Below are positions 27,249 to 36,888 of a stretch of DNA of 64,000 bases, one piece after another. The position numbers were made by a program, and so were the translations under genes. The notes beneath the pieces are model-generated. The model did not search any database and was not told the DNA's origin. It was given only the letters and a program-made list of their open reading frames with translations. How positions within the stretch are numbered: the first letter of the stretch is position 1; every line of letters begins with the position of its first letter. Source of the DNA: a bacterium (GTDB taxonomy: Bacteria > Patescibacteriota > Dojkabacteria > SC72); NCBI GenBank assembly GCA_022840695.1, contig JALHDC010000002.1, positions 25,753 to 89,752 on the forward strand, in the 5' to 3' direction.

Positions 27249-27755
27249 ATGCACAAAAAAGTCATTGTAAATGATAAAATGCAATCCAATTATGTGTACT
27301 ACCTCATAGAACCTATTGGTAAGAACTTTGATCCAGAATTTAAACCTGAACTAACTCCTAAGGAAATGTTAGAACTAGGAGTATTTGGTGGGAAGTATAT
27401 GAATGATTGTATAAATGAATTTCCTAAAGATTGGTTTATTAATGCTAAATTATCACCAGAAAAGAAAGATATATCCCTTAACTATTTTAAAATAGATGCC
27501 AGTATGCCATTATCATACTGGAAAGAGAAAGGATGGATATATCATGAAGATCCTAGAGGATGGTTTCAATGGTACTGCAGATACTATATGGGCAGAAGAA
27601 TTCCTCCTGAGGATGAAAGACAGATCAAAAGATGGAAAGCTATAAAAAGACATATATCTGCTATACAGAAGAATTGTATACCACTAGATTTAGATTGCAG
27701 GAAGAAACAGAGACAAGCTGTATTACATTGGGCTTATGATAGTAGGAAGATATAA
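27249..27755 (+). CDS. hypothetical W/Y/R-rich protein translationally coupled to ldcA
   Basis: ATG overlaps ldcA stop (TAAATG); GWFQWYCRYYMGRR...RWKAIKRH; no family recognised. Confidence 0.4.
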   Translation: MHKKVIVNDKMQSNYVYYLIEPIGKNFDPEFKPELTPKEMLELGVFGGKYMNDCINEFPKDWFINAKLSPEKKDISLNYFKIDASMPLSYWKEKGWIYHEDPRGWFQWYCRYYMGRRIPPEDERQIKRWKAIKRHISAIQKNCIPLDLDCRKKQRQAVLHWAYDSRKI

Positions 27756-27757
27756 AG

Positions 27758-29041
27758 TTACCTATCAAATCTTCTAAAAATCTCATCTACATATCTAGTA
27801 TAATAATCCAGATTACACAATCTATTCAATTCTTTTTCATTTGTATACTTTAATATCCCTTTATGAGATAACAAAGAAGCTATAATATCGTTTTCATTAT
27901 CAAATGAAATTTTTTGTATTAATTTATATGCTTTTCTTTTTTCCATTCCCTTACTAACAAGGTAAAGCATCAGTGTTTGAGACAAATAATTATCTTTTTC
28001 AAGATTTATATTCTCTCTCATTTTTTCACTATTCACCTTTAAATTCCTTAATACAAACGACATATCATTTAGCATGAAATGTACTGTACATAATGAATCG
28101 GGGATTATGAATCTTTCTGCAGAAGAGTGGGACATATCTCTTTCCCCCCATAAAGATGTGTTTTCCATTCCTACAATTAAATTTCCCCTCAATACTCTAG
28201 CTAACCCACATATTCTTTCACAGAGTATAGGATTTTTCTTATGTGGCATACTAGATGAACCCTTCTGCCCATCTTCAAAAGGCTCTTTCAATTCTCCTAT
28301 CTCCGTTCTATGTAAATGCCTTATCTCGAATGCTATTTTTTCTAATGTATTTCCTACAGTAGAAATAGAATAGAGAACATCACAGTATCTATCTCTTTGC
28401 AAAATTTGAGAGGATACTTTTGCATACTTAAGTTTTAATTTTTTACAAACAAATTTTTCGACATATGGATCTACATGAGCATATGTACCTACTGAACCAG
28501 AAATTTTTCCATACGAGATATTCTTTAAAGACATTTCTAATCTTTCAATATCTCTATCTATCTCATATACCCACAAAAGAAATTTTAATCCTAAAGTAAT
28601 CGGCTCTGCATGAACACCATGTGTCCTTCCCATCATAATTTGTTTCTTGTATTTCTTTGCTTTCGTAAAAAGTACTTTTCTTAGTATTTTCGTGTCTTTA
28701 AGTATTACTTCCAATGATTTGATTATTTGTAAAGATTGAGCTGTATCTAAAATATCACTTGATGTGATACCGTAATGCAAATATCTACTAGATTTCCCAA
28801 CCTTATTAGTTATGCTTTCTACAAATGCAATTGTCTCATGTTTAGATTCTTCCTCTCTTTTTCTGATATCTGAAATATCTATTTTCGCTTTTTGTTTAAT
28901 ATTCCTTAAATCATCATTATTTATTTTTCCTTTCTTACTCCAAGCTTCACATACTGCAATCTCCACATTTAACATTGCTTGAAATCTATATTCATCACTC
29001 CATATTTCCCTTAGAGGTGAAAGTGTATACCTATCTATCAT
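27758..29041 (-). CDS. purB: adenylosuccinate lyase
   Basis: fumarate-lyase family, 427 aa, conserved GSSSMPHKKNP signature. Confidence 0.9.
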   Translation of the reverse strand: MIDRYTLSPLREIWSDEYRFQAMLNVEIAVCEAWSKKGKINNDDLRNIKQKAKIDISDIRKREEESKHETIAFVESITNKVGKSSRYLHYGITSSDILDTAQSLQIIKSLEVILKDTKILRKVLFTKAKKYKKQIMMGRTHGVHAEPITLGLKFLLWVYEIDRDIERLEMSLKNISYGKISGSVGTYAHVDPYVEKFVCKKLKLKYAKVSSQILQRDRYCDVLYSISTVGNTLEKIAFEIRHLHRTEIGELKEPFEDGQKGSSSMPHKKNPILCERICGLARVLRGNLIVGMENTSLWGERDMSHSSAERFIIPDSLCTVHFMLNDMSFVLRNLKVNSEKMRENINLEKDNYLSQTLMLYLVSKGMEKRKAYKLIQKISFDNENDIIASLLSHKGILKYTNEKELNRLCNLDYYTRYVDEIFRRFDR

Positions 29042-29052
29042 ATATATTTAAA

Positions 29053-30450
29053 TTAAATAAATAGTGTATCATGCCTATCTGGCCCATATGTAATCATTAC
29101 GGAAGAAGTATTTGTATATTCAGAATAGAAGTCTAAGAACTTTGTAACTTCTTTAGATAATTTTTTAGTACTCCTCAAATTCTTAAGATTCTCTATATTC
29201 CAAACTTTAAACTCCTTATATACAGGTTTTACACTATCTATATATTCCTGATCAGGTCTATATCCAACAACCTTATCTTTTATTTTATACTTAGTACAAA
29301 CCTTTACTGCAGAATCCCAAACTATATCCATATGTGTAAATACTAATTCCTCTATACCACCCATCTTACAAAAATATTCAAGCATAACTAAATCCATATA
29401 TGCAATATCTCTTGGCCTTCCTGTAGTTGTACCATACTCATGTGCTTCATCTCGAATTACAGTTGCATATTTTTCTTCCATTGCAGTTGGTAGTACTCTT
29501 TTTCCCACACTAGAAGTATATGTTGATTTAATTACACCAAATCTAGCAGATATATCATTTGCATTCACTATTCCTTCTGTAGAGTAGGTGATGCCATCTA
29601 AACTACAGTTAGATGCAGAGACATCTGGATATAGTCCCCAACGAGAATCTAATCCAATACCTTGTGCTTTTTCAAAAATAAAAGGGGTATCTGAATTCCA
29701 ATTCTTAAAAATAAAATCATACATATTAAATACATATGGTTTTAATAACTTTCTACATCGTTCCAAATCCTTAATATATTTATCACAACTCCCTACCTTG
29801 TACTCTCTACCTTTATATCTTTGTATTTTAATATCCTTCATTTCAAAACCTAAACCATTAATCCATTTAGAATACCTATTGTACTGTTCAATAAAATATA
29901 CTTTCCAATCTCTTTTGTATAGATCTCGAATTCTAAGAGGAAACCTATACACAACATCTGCATATGCAGGAGCTATACCTCTGCCTGTAGCAGCAGCACT
30001 ACCTAGTGATTTAGAGGATGAATTCTTTAATGCATATTCAAATGCTCTATGTAGATCAGTACTTAGTACTGCCATTTCATCTATCATCAAATTGGCAGGA
30101 AGTTCTTTAAATTCAAAAACCTGTTTAATTTCCTCTATCTCTTCTAACAGATCAGATGGGTGTATTACCATACCTTTACCTAGTACTACATAGCATCCCT
30201 TGTGTAATATCCCAGACCCTATTTGGTGTAATCCAATCTTTTTGCCATCATGTGATATTGTATGACCAGCATTAGCCCCACCATTATCTCTATACACTAT
30301 GACATTTTTAAATCTCTTTTTATTCAAAAAATACTCTGTTAATTCATCAGTTATCCTTCCTTTTCCTTCATCTCCAAACATAGCACCTAATATTGCTACA
30401 GAATTTTTTCTTCTTCCCTTTTTATTTAATGATTTTTCTAAATTAGTCAT
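29053..30450 (-). CDS. purA: adenylosuccinate synthetase
   Basis: GDEGKGR P-loop, GGANAGHT, TTGRPR motifs. Confidence 0.85.
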   Translation of the reverse strand: MTNLEKSLNKKGRRKNSVAILGAMFGDEGKGRITDELTEYFLNKKRFKNVIVYRDNGGANAGHTISHDGKKIGLHQIGSGILHKGCYVVLGKGMVIHPSDLLEEIEEIKQVFEFKELPANLMIDEMAVLSTDLHRAFEYALKNSSSKSLGSAAATGRGIAPAYADVVYRFPLRIRDLYKRDWKVYFIEQYNRYSKWINGLGFEMKDIKIQRYKGREYKVGSCDKYIKDLERCRKLLKPYVFNMYDFIFKNWNSDTPFIFEKAQGIGLDSRWGLYPDVSASNCSLDGITYSTEGIVNANDISARFGVIKSTYTSSVGKRVLPTAMEEKYATVIRDEAHEYGTTTGRPRDIAYMDLVMLEYFCKMGGIEELVFTHMDIVWDSAVKVCTKYKIKDKVVGYRPDQEYIDSVKPVYKEFKVWNIENLKNLRSTKKLSKEVTKFLDFYSEYTNTSSVMITYGPDRHDTLFI

Positions 30451-30626
30451 GAAAAATTTAAAACAATTTATACATCATATCCTAGCATATCTTTACAATA
30501 CTTAGCTTAGAGGGGATAATAGTAGAATAGGGGTTGAATCAAATAGAAAAAGCTCCAATATACCATAAATCAATATAATTCTGAAATATAAACCTGTATA
30601 TTTCCTTTTTCTAAGGTTTTTAGAAT

Positions 30627-31142
30627 TTAAAACAGCTCCTGCCAACAATATTTCTTAATATTTAGCATTTGCTCTTTAAAAAGAACAACAAAAGGAACAC
30701 CACAAAGCTCTAGATTTCGAATTTGCTTTCTCTTCCTCTCATCATTTGTTCTCATAGAAGAAAGAGTTATCTCTACTAATTTCCCATTGAAAGTTCGAGG
30801 ATTATATACAAAAAAATCAGGAACACTATCGCATAACTGTATCCTAGGTTCCCTATAAACTACCATATCCTTACTCAAGAGAAGTTTTGCAAATTGCCTT
30901 TCATTAGAATTCATTGTGCTTTTTCTATTTAATACTGAAAATTCATCCAATGGGGATGGAAGTACTAATTGGGGATACTGTTCTTTAATGGAATTTTCTA
31001 GTTGGTCAACATACTCTACGAAAAATGCTGTTTCTTTCAATGTTTCTGTTTCTACTTCTAGCATTACTATCTGTTTAAGTAGTACTATTTGATTCGGTAT
31101 ATACATAGTACAACAGTATTCAGAAACTGACAACTGTATCAA
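30627..31142 (-). CDS. hypothetical protein
   Basis: 171-aa ORF with plausible coding composition; no motif recognised. Confidence 0.4.
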   Translation of the reverse strand: MIQLSVSEYCCTMYIPNQIVLLKQIVMLEVETETLKETAFFVEYVDQLENSIKEQYPQLVLPSPLDEFSVLNRKSTMNSNERQFAKLLLSKDMVVYREPRIQLCDSVPDFFVYNPRTFNGKLVEITLSSMRTNDERKRKQIRNLELCGVPFVVLFKEQMLNIKKYCWQELF

Positions 31143-31168
31143 CCAATTATTGTGTTGACAATGGATTA

Positions 31169-32164
31169 ATGCTAATATTTTGTATCATGCCCCGTATTAA
31201 AAATTATAGAATTTTAATAATTTTCCCTCTAAGTATATTTTTGTTCTTCGGCCTATTTTTTTTAGAAAACTATACTTCCAAAGATATTGATGCCTATGAT
31301 ATCTCAGATGATTTTAATGATGCTACTTACATAGATATTGGAAATTCTTCTAATTATTTGTTATCTGGAGGACAGATTACTGCATCTACAAAATCATATA
31401 CATTTGGAACAGGGGCTGATGGTGCTTGTACAGTATCTAGTAATATGAATATTAATACACAGTCATGTGTGGGAAGACCATATGGTGATGCAGTGAGGTT
31501 TTATAAGAAGGCTGCATATAATGCTAATGCGGGAGATTACATTCTCGATATAAACACATCTACAACAAATGGATTAGCTATTGGTGATGAAGTATTAATT
31601 TTAATTCAAGATGGACTCGCATCTGCCTCTGCAAATACTGGTAAATATGAAACCGCGATTATTTCAAATATAACTGCTGACCGATTAACTTTCGAAACTC
31701 CACTTCAAAATTCATACACTTCTTCAAATAATGTAGCTGTCATTAGAGTTCCACAATATACAAATGTAACTGTGAATGAAGGAGTTACTGTTACAGCTGA
31801 TACAAAATCGCTACTAGCTCCAGCAGGAGTTGTCTTCTTCAAAGCTTCAGGTACTGTAACTATAAATGGAAGTATTAGTACAAATGCAAAAGGATTTCCT
31901 GGAGCAGCTAAATGCTTTTCAAATTGTGGAATTATGGGAGGAGCGAGAGGAGCAGATTATGCAAATGGTAATGCAATAGAAAGATTCAACGAACTATATA
32001 CAAACAAAATAATAGACTTTGTAATTGGTACAGATGCTACATATCATACAAAAGAATTATTAAGAGAAAATAAATGGTTTAAAGAAATATCTGTATCCAA
32101 TTATTTAGCAGAAACCATATATAGGATAAATAGAAGAAAATCAATTGGTGAGTTATTGAGGTAA
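31169..32164 (+). CDS. secreted/membrane-anchored hypothetical protein
   Basis: N-terminal TM/signal, G/A/T/N-rich beta-rich body. Confidence 0.4.
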   Translation: MLIFCIMPRIKNYRILIIFPLSIFLFFGLFFLENYTSKDIDAYDISDDFNDATYIDIGNSSNYLLSGGQITASTKSYTFGTGADGACTVSSNMNINTQSCVGRPYGDAVRFYKKAAYNANAGDYILDINTSTTNGLAIGDEVLILIQDGLASASANTGKYETAIISNITADRLTFETPLQNSYTSSNNVAVIRVPQYTNVTVNEGVTVTADTKSLLAPAGVVFFKASGTVTINGSISTNAKGFPGAAKCFSNCGIMGGARGADYANGNAIERFNELYTNKIIDFVIGTDATYHTKELLRENKWFKEISVSNYLAETIYRINRRKSIGELLR

Positions 32165-32227
32165 AAAAGGTTTTGAACTTGGGCGATATGATATGTGTAT
32201 TGGAACGATCAGATCGCCCATGTTCTA

Positions 32228-32473
32228 TTAATCCTCCAAACCCAAATACTTAAAAGCTATTCTTTTTCCACCATATACGATGTAGATTCCTATTATTAAG
32301 GTGAAAATGAATAAATTTAAGTTTATGGCCAGGAAAAGAAAAATCATGAAGACAGCTCCACCAAGATATATTAAGATATCTCCAATTTCTTTGTTTAAAA
32401 AAAATCTATTCCTTAAACCAAAGCCTAGCAAAATTACTCCTAAGAGTTCCCCCAAAAAGTATCCTATATCCAT
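32228..32473 (-). CDS. small membrane protein (2-3 TM)
   Basis: 81-aa hydrophobic ORF on opposite strand between two plus-strand genes. Confidence 0.25.
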   Translation of the reverse strand: MDIGYFLGELLGVILLGFGLRNRFFLNKEIGDILIYLGGAVFMIFLFLAINLNLFIFTLIIGIYIVYGGKRIAFKYLGLED

Positions 32474-32587
32474 TTTTTCTCCTCTTTTCTTTTTATTATT
32501 TTGTTTTAATAGAACAATTGATTATATTACTTTCCAACCCCATAGTAAATATACTGAAATATTCAATTCCTTCTGTTAACATATAAT

Positions 32588-33664
32588 ATGGATATAAAAA
32601 GATATCATTCCCTAAAGAAATACAATACCTTCTGTATTGATATAAAAGCAAAATATTTTGCTAAAGTAAAAACCATTCAACAATGCATAGACATATTAGA
32701 AAAATATAAAAATGAAAAAATATTAATACTAGGAGGAGGAAGTAATACACTATTTCTTAAAGATTGGGATGGATTAGTATTAAAGATTGAATTGAAAGGA
32801 AAAGAAATTGTTAAACAAGATGATCAATATGTATATATCAATGTATCCTCAGGAGAAGATTGGAATAAATTTGTTAAGTATGCAGTAAAAAATGATTGGG
32901 CTGGTATTGAAAATTTAATATTCATACCAGGTACAGTAGGGGGAGCTGTAGCACAAAATATAGGGGCATATGGACAAAGTATTACTGATTCTTTGTATAG
33001 TATAGAAGCATTAGAGATAGATACATTACAATTAAAAAAGTTCGATCCCAAAGAATGTGACTATAGATATAGAAGTAGTCGATTTAAAAGGGAATGGAAA
33101 AATAAATACATCATTACTTCTGCTACATTTAGATTAAGAAAAAATACAGAAGAATTTGAGCTTAGTTATCATGAAAGATCTGGAAGATATGGATCTTTAA
33201 AAGAAGAATTGGAATCTTTTTCTAAAGAACCATACAGTATTCAAGATGTTATGAAGGCAGTAGTTAAACAAAGACAGAAAAGATTACCAACTGTAAAAGA
33301 GTATGGTACATGTGGAAGTTTTTTTGAAAATCCATTAGTTACATTCAAAAAATACAAAGAACTATCTAAAGTTGTATCTGATCTTCAATTTTATCCATCA
33401 GAGGATCTTAAGTATGATTTAACTGATACAGGAGAATTTAAGGACGATGATTTAGTAAAGATACCTGCAGGAAGATTGTTAGATGAGCGAGGATGGAAAG
33501 GAAAATGGGAAGGAAATGTAGGAGTATCTGAAAAACATGCACTATGTGTTGTTACAAACAAGAAAGCGAGAGGAGAGGAAATAGAGAAATTTATAAAAAA
33601 GATGCAAGATGATATAAAAAAGAATTATGATATTGAACTTAAACCTGAAGTAAATATATTTTAA
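32588..33664 (+). CDS. murB: UDP-N-acetylenolpyruvoylglucosamine reductase
   Basis: FAD-binding ILGGGSNTLF motif, MurB C-terminal domain, extended C-terminus. Confidence 0.75.
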   Translation: MDIKRYHSLKKYNTFCIDIKAKYFAKVKTIQQCIDILEKYKNEKILILGGGSNTLFLKDWDGLVLKIELKGKEIVKQDDQYVYINVSSGEDWNKFVKYAVKNDWAGIENLIFIPGTVGGAVAQNIGAYGQSITDSLYSIEALEIDTLQLKKFDPKECDYRYRSSRFKREWKNKYIITSATFRLRKNTEEFELSYHERSGRYGSLKEELESFSKEPYSIQDVMKAVVKQRQKRLPTVKEYGTCGSFFENPLVTFKKYKELSKVVSDLQFYPSEDLKYDLTDTGEFKDDDLVKIPAGRLLDERGWKGKWEGNVGVSEKHALCVVTNKKARGEEIEKFIKKMQDDIKKNYDIELKPEVNIF

Positions 33665-33665
33665 A

Positions 33666-35285
33666 TTACGGATGTTCTCTTACAAATTTAAGGAGTATTT
33701 TTCTTATATCCCTTACCTTAGATACACTTAATTCGATTATTGATATTGCATCTACAAAAACATTCCCATTATATTTATCATCCTGCTGCAGTTTGTGTAC
33801 ATGTTCATCAAATTCAGCCCTAATCTGTGCATATATTTCCTCTTCCTTAACCTTAATATTTAAAAGATCCTGTTCAATAGGATTTTGTAAAACAGTTTCC
33901 ATCTCTCTAAACAATTCTATTAACCTATTATATATATCCGTAACTCTTTCTATATTCATTTCGTCAGTAGGAATTCCTAAATTATGCATTCTTTGAAATA
34001 CTTCTGAAAAATCATTTCCTAAATCACCTATCTGTTCAATAGTATTAGAAACTTTTACTAAAACTATAGTTTTATATGCATCTTTCTCTGAAAGTTTAAA
34101 TTTTGAAAGGGAAACTATTGAAGCTGTAATTTCATCATCCAAAAAATCATTCAATGTTTCTAATTTCTGGATCTCCATTAATGTAGAACCAGACAAATTG
34201 TAGAATACAGATACTGCCTTCTGATATATCTTTATGGTATTTTCTATTGAATATCCCAATTCTTTATCTATATCATCCATTCTTTCATGTAATTTTCTAT
34301 TTCCATTTCTCTGAATATATTTTGTTCTAAATAGTATTTCTTCCTCATCACCTTTTATTATCCTACTTACAAGTTTTTCAAAAGGTGTAAGGAGGAGGAG
34401 GAATACTGAGGTATTAATAACATTGAATATTAAATGGGCATATGCTGCTTGATATGCTACATTTTCAAATAGAAATTGCATTAAATATACAAAAGGAGAA
34501 AGGAGAAGCATTGCTACTAATGTACCTATTAAATTAAGGAGAAAATTTGCAAAGCCAGCTCTTCTTGCAAAAAGATTTAATTTCGAAGAAGCAATTAATG
34601 CTGTTATACTGGATCCTAGATTAGCACCCAAAATCATTGGAATAGCAACCCAAATTGGAAGAATTCCACCTTGTGCAAGGATGACAATTATACCGGTAGT
34701 GATGGAGCTAGAATGAATGATCATCGTAAAAAGAGCAGTTACCACAAATGCTACTGTTGGACTTTCTAACTCAGCAAATAGTCTCATTAATTCTGGGTTA
34801 TTCTTTAATGGCTCTACAGTCGATGAAAGCCAATTAAGTGTAAAAAGAATTAAGCCTAAGAAAAATATTGGCTTACTTATTAATTTCAATTTCCTATTTA
34901 ATATTCCAAGAATAAACCCTATTATTATTAATACAGAAGCAATTACAGAAGAATTTACCAGTGCTAATTGTGCAGTTATTGTAGTACCTATGTTAGCTCC
35001 TAGAATAATTCCTAAGCTATTACTAAAAGATATTATTCCTGTATTGACTAAAACTACTGCTAATACTGTAACTGCTGAGCTTGATTGTGTTATTGCAGTA
35101 GCTAAAGCCCCTACCAATGTACCTTTTACTCTGTTCCTTACTAATCTAGATATCAATTTTCTAAATTTCTCAGAAGCTAATTCTTGAATTTCCTTGCTTA
35201 AATTATCAATTGCATATAAGAAAAGAACTAAAGCTGAGAGCAATCCTAAAGTGATCTGTAAATAGCTAGAATCGAATATATTCAT
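33666..35285 (-). CDS. Na/Pi cotransporter family protein with PhoU-like domains
   Basis: two Na_Pi_cotrans repeats (GANIGTT, GANLGSS) plus C-terminal PhoU-like helical repeats. Confidence 0.8.
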   Translation of the reverse strand: MNIFDSSYLQITLGLLSALVLFLYAIDNLSKEIQELASEKFRKLISRLVRNRVKGTLVGALATAITQSSSAVTVLAVVLVNTGIISFSNSLGIILGANIGTTITAQLALVNSSVIASVLIIIGFILGILNRKLKLISKPIFFLGLILFTLNWLSSTVEPLKNNPELMRLFAELESPTVAFVVTALFTMIIHSSSITTGIIVILAQGGILPIWVAIPMILGANLGSSITALIASSKLNLFARRAGFANFLLNLIGTLVAMLLLSPFVYLMQFLFENVAYQAAYAHLIFNVINTSVFLLLLTPFEKLVSRIIKGDEEEILFRTKYIQRNGNRKLHERMDDIDKELGYSIENTIKIYQKAVSVFYNLSGSTLMEIQKLETLNDFLDDEITASIVSLSKFKLSEKDAYKTIVLVKVSNTIEQIGDLGNDFSEVFQRMHNLGIPTDEMNIERVTDIYNRLIELFREMETVLQNPIEQDLLNIKVKEEEIYAQIRAEFDEHVHKLQQDDKYNGNVFVDAISIIELSVSKVRDIRKILLKFVREHP

Positions 35286-35979
35286 GGTTAATATAATTTA
35301 CCATATTGAAATATACATTCCAACAATGTATCGTTTAACTATGCTTAAGAAATTTAATGAGGTAGTGCTACTATTAACAGTATCAGATACATTTACATGG
35401 GGACCTTTCATCATAATTGCAAATCTCTCTAGTATATATTTGGCTAGCAAATTGGGTGCAAATACAATAAGTTTTGTTGGGATTGGTACTGGTATATATT
35501 TCGTCACAAGAGCACTTTTTCAAATGCCAATAGGACATATTACTGATAAAATAGACAATGATAAGGATGAAATCATTCTTTTAGTATTAGGAATCATCTT
35601 GATGGGTATTCCTTTTCTCTTCTACCCATTAATAACAAAAGCTTTTCAGTATTATGTTCTCCAATTTATCTTTGGATTGGGAGTATCTTTTAATCTTCCA
35701 AATTGGAGAAAGCTCTTTGCATTGAATTTGGATAAAGGTAAGGAGGGATTTCAGTACGGTTTCTACGAGACCGTTCTTAGTATCTCTACTGCAATATTTA
35801 GTGCTTTGGTAGGATATATAGCAAACCTAGGAGATCAGTATTTCGATATGTCCATGAGAGGAGTAGGGATTGTAATGATTCTATCAGCAATATGGGTTGT
35901 GTTAATAATCAAGGTAAAAAAGAGAAAGAGTAATGGATATGAAGTTCCTACTGTTGCAGTTGATAAAGTAGCAAAATAA
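35284..35979 (+). CDS. MFS-like transporter half (6 TM) - truncated or split
   Basis: 231 aa with MFS-like loop motif; only half the usual length. Confidence 0.3.
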   Translation: MVNIIYHIEIYIPTMYRLTMLKKFNEVVLLLTVSDTFTWGPFIIIANLSSIYLASKLGANTISFVGIGTGIYFVTRALFQMPIGHITDKIDNDKDEIILLVLGIILMGIPFLFYPLITKAFQYYVLQFIFGLGVSFNLPNWRKLFALNLDKGKEGFQYGFYETVLSISTAIFSALVGYIANLGDQYFDMSMRGVGIVMILSAIWVVLIIKVKKRKSNGYEVPTVAVDKVAK

Positions 35980-35996
35980 CTTTTCAATATAAATAA

Positions 35997-36404
35997 ATGG
36001 AGAAAAAGAATATCCTTGGTTTTGGAATACTTCTTGTCATACTACTAGTTGTAGGAGCAATTGTATTCAATATATATATGGATTTAAACAGTGATGAAGA
36101 ACAAGATAATCAAAATACTGATACTATATCTGATCAAATAGAATATGACGATATTAATTTTGAATATGAATATGTAGGTAATTCATTATGGAGATATACG
36201 ATATCAGGAACATTACCAAATCCTTGCTACAAAATTAGTACAGAAGCAATAGTAATGGAAAGCTATCCAGAGCAAGTTATTGTTAAATCTACCGTATTAC
36301 TTCCTGATGCAGAAACTATGTGTGTACAGGTAATTCAAGAAGTATTTGAAGAAGGAGAGTTTGAGGCAAGTGAGCAAGCACAGGTTAGATATGAAATAGA
36401 GTAA
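35997..36404 (+). CDS. membrane-anchored acidic hypothetical protein
   Basis: N-terminal TM, D/E-rich. Confidence 0.35.
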   Translation: MEKKNILGFGILLVILLVVGAIVFNIYMDLNSDEEQDNQNTDTISDQIEYDDINFEYEYVGNSLWRYTISGTLPNPCYKISTEAIVMESYPEQVIVKSTVLLPDAETMCVQVIQEVFEEGEFEASEQAQVRYEIE

Positions 36405-36466
36405 AAGAGCTTGACTTTCATTTTGAAAATGATACTATATACCCATACCTATGGTGGGGGTATATT

Positions 36467-36886
36467 ATGAATAATGAAAAAACAAACATATACATAGGAA
36501 TAGCTTTAATAATTTCTTTTTTACTTATATTTTTTGCTGTTTCTTCAAGGAACGATTCTAAATCTAATACAAGAGATGTTAATGAGAAAAAAGAAATTTC
36601 AGAAAATGTCCTTTTGGAAGAGGAGTTGCAGACTGTAACAATAACTTCAAGAGCAGGGGGTTATACACCAAAAATAACATATGCCAAATCATCTGTTCAT
36701 ACGATATTAGAAATGAACTCAGTTAATTCATATGGATGTGAGAGAGCATTTAGAATACCTTCATTAAATATTTCAAAAGAATTACCAAATAATGGAACAA
36801 CAACATTTGATCTTGGAACTCCGGAAGAATCTATAACTGGTACATGTAGTATGGGAATGTATGTATTTACTATTAAGTTCATATAA
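36467..36886 (+). CDS. membrane-anchored putative cupredoxin-like/metal-binding protein
   Basis: C-terminal GTCSMGMYVF motif (Cys/Met-rich) immediately upstream of copA. Confidence 0.35.
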   Translation: MNNEKTNIYIGIALIISFLLIFFAVSSRNDSKSNTRDVNEKKEISENVLLEEELQTVTITSRAGGYTPKITYAKSSVHTILEMNSVNSYGCERAFRIPSLNISKELPNNGTTTFDLGTPEESITGTCSMGMYVFTIKFI

Positions 36887-36888
36887 TT

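Noticed and set aside
30451-30626. Purine riboswitch upstream of purA (minus strand)
   Set aside because: Reverse-complement leader has weak resemblance (UAUGG, UUUCUA) but the P2/P3 stems and conserved J-regions could not be aligned.
35284-35979. Complete MFS transporter
   Set aside because: Only about 230 aa (6 TM); no second half found in adjacent frames. Reported only as a low-confidence fragment.
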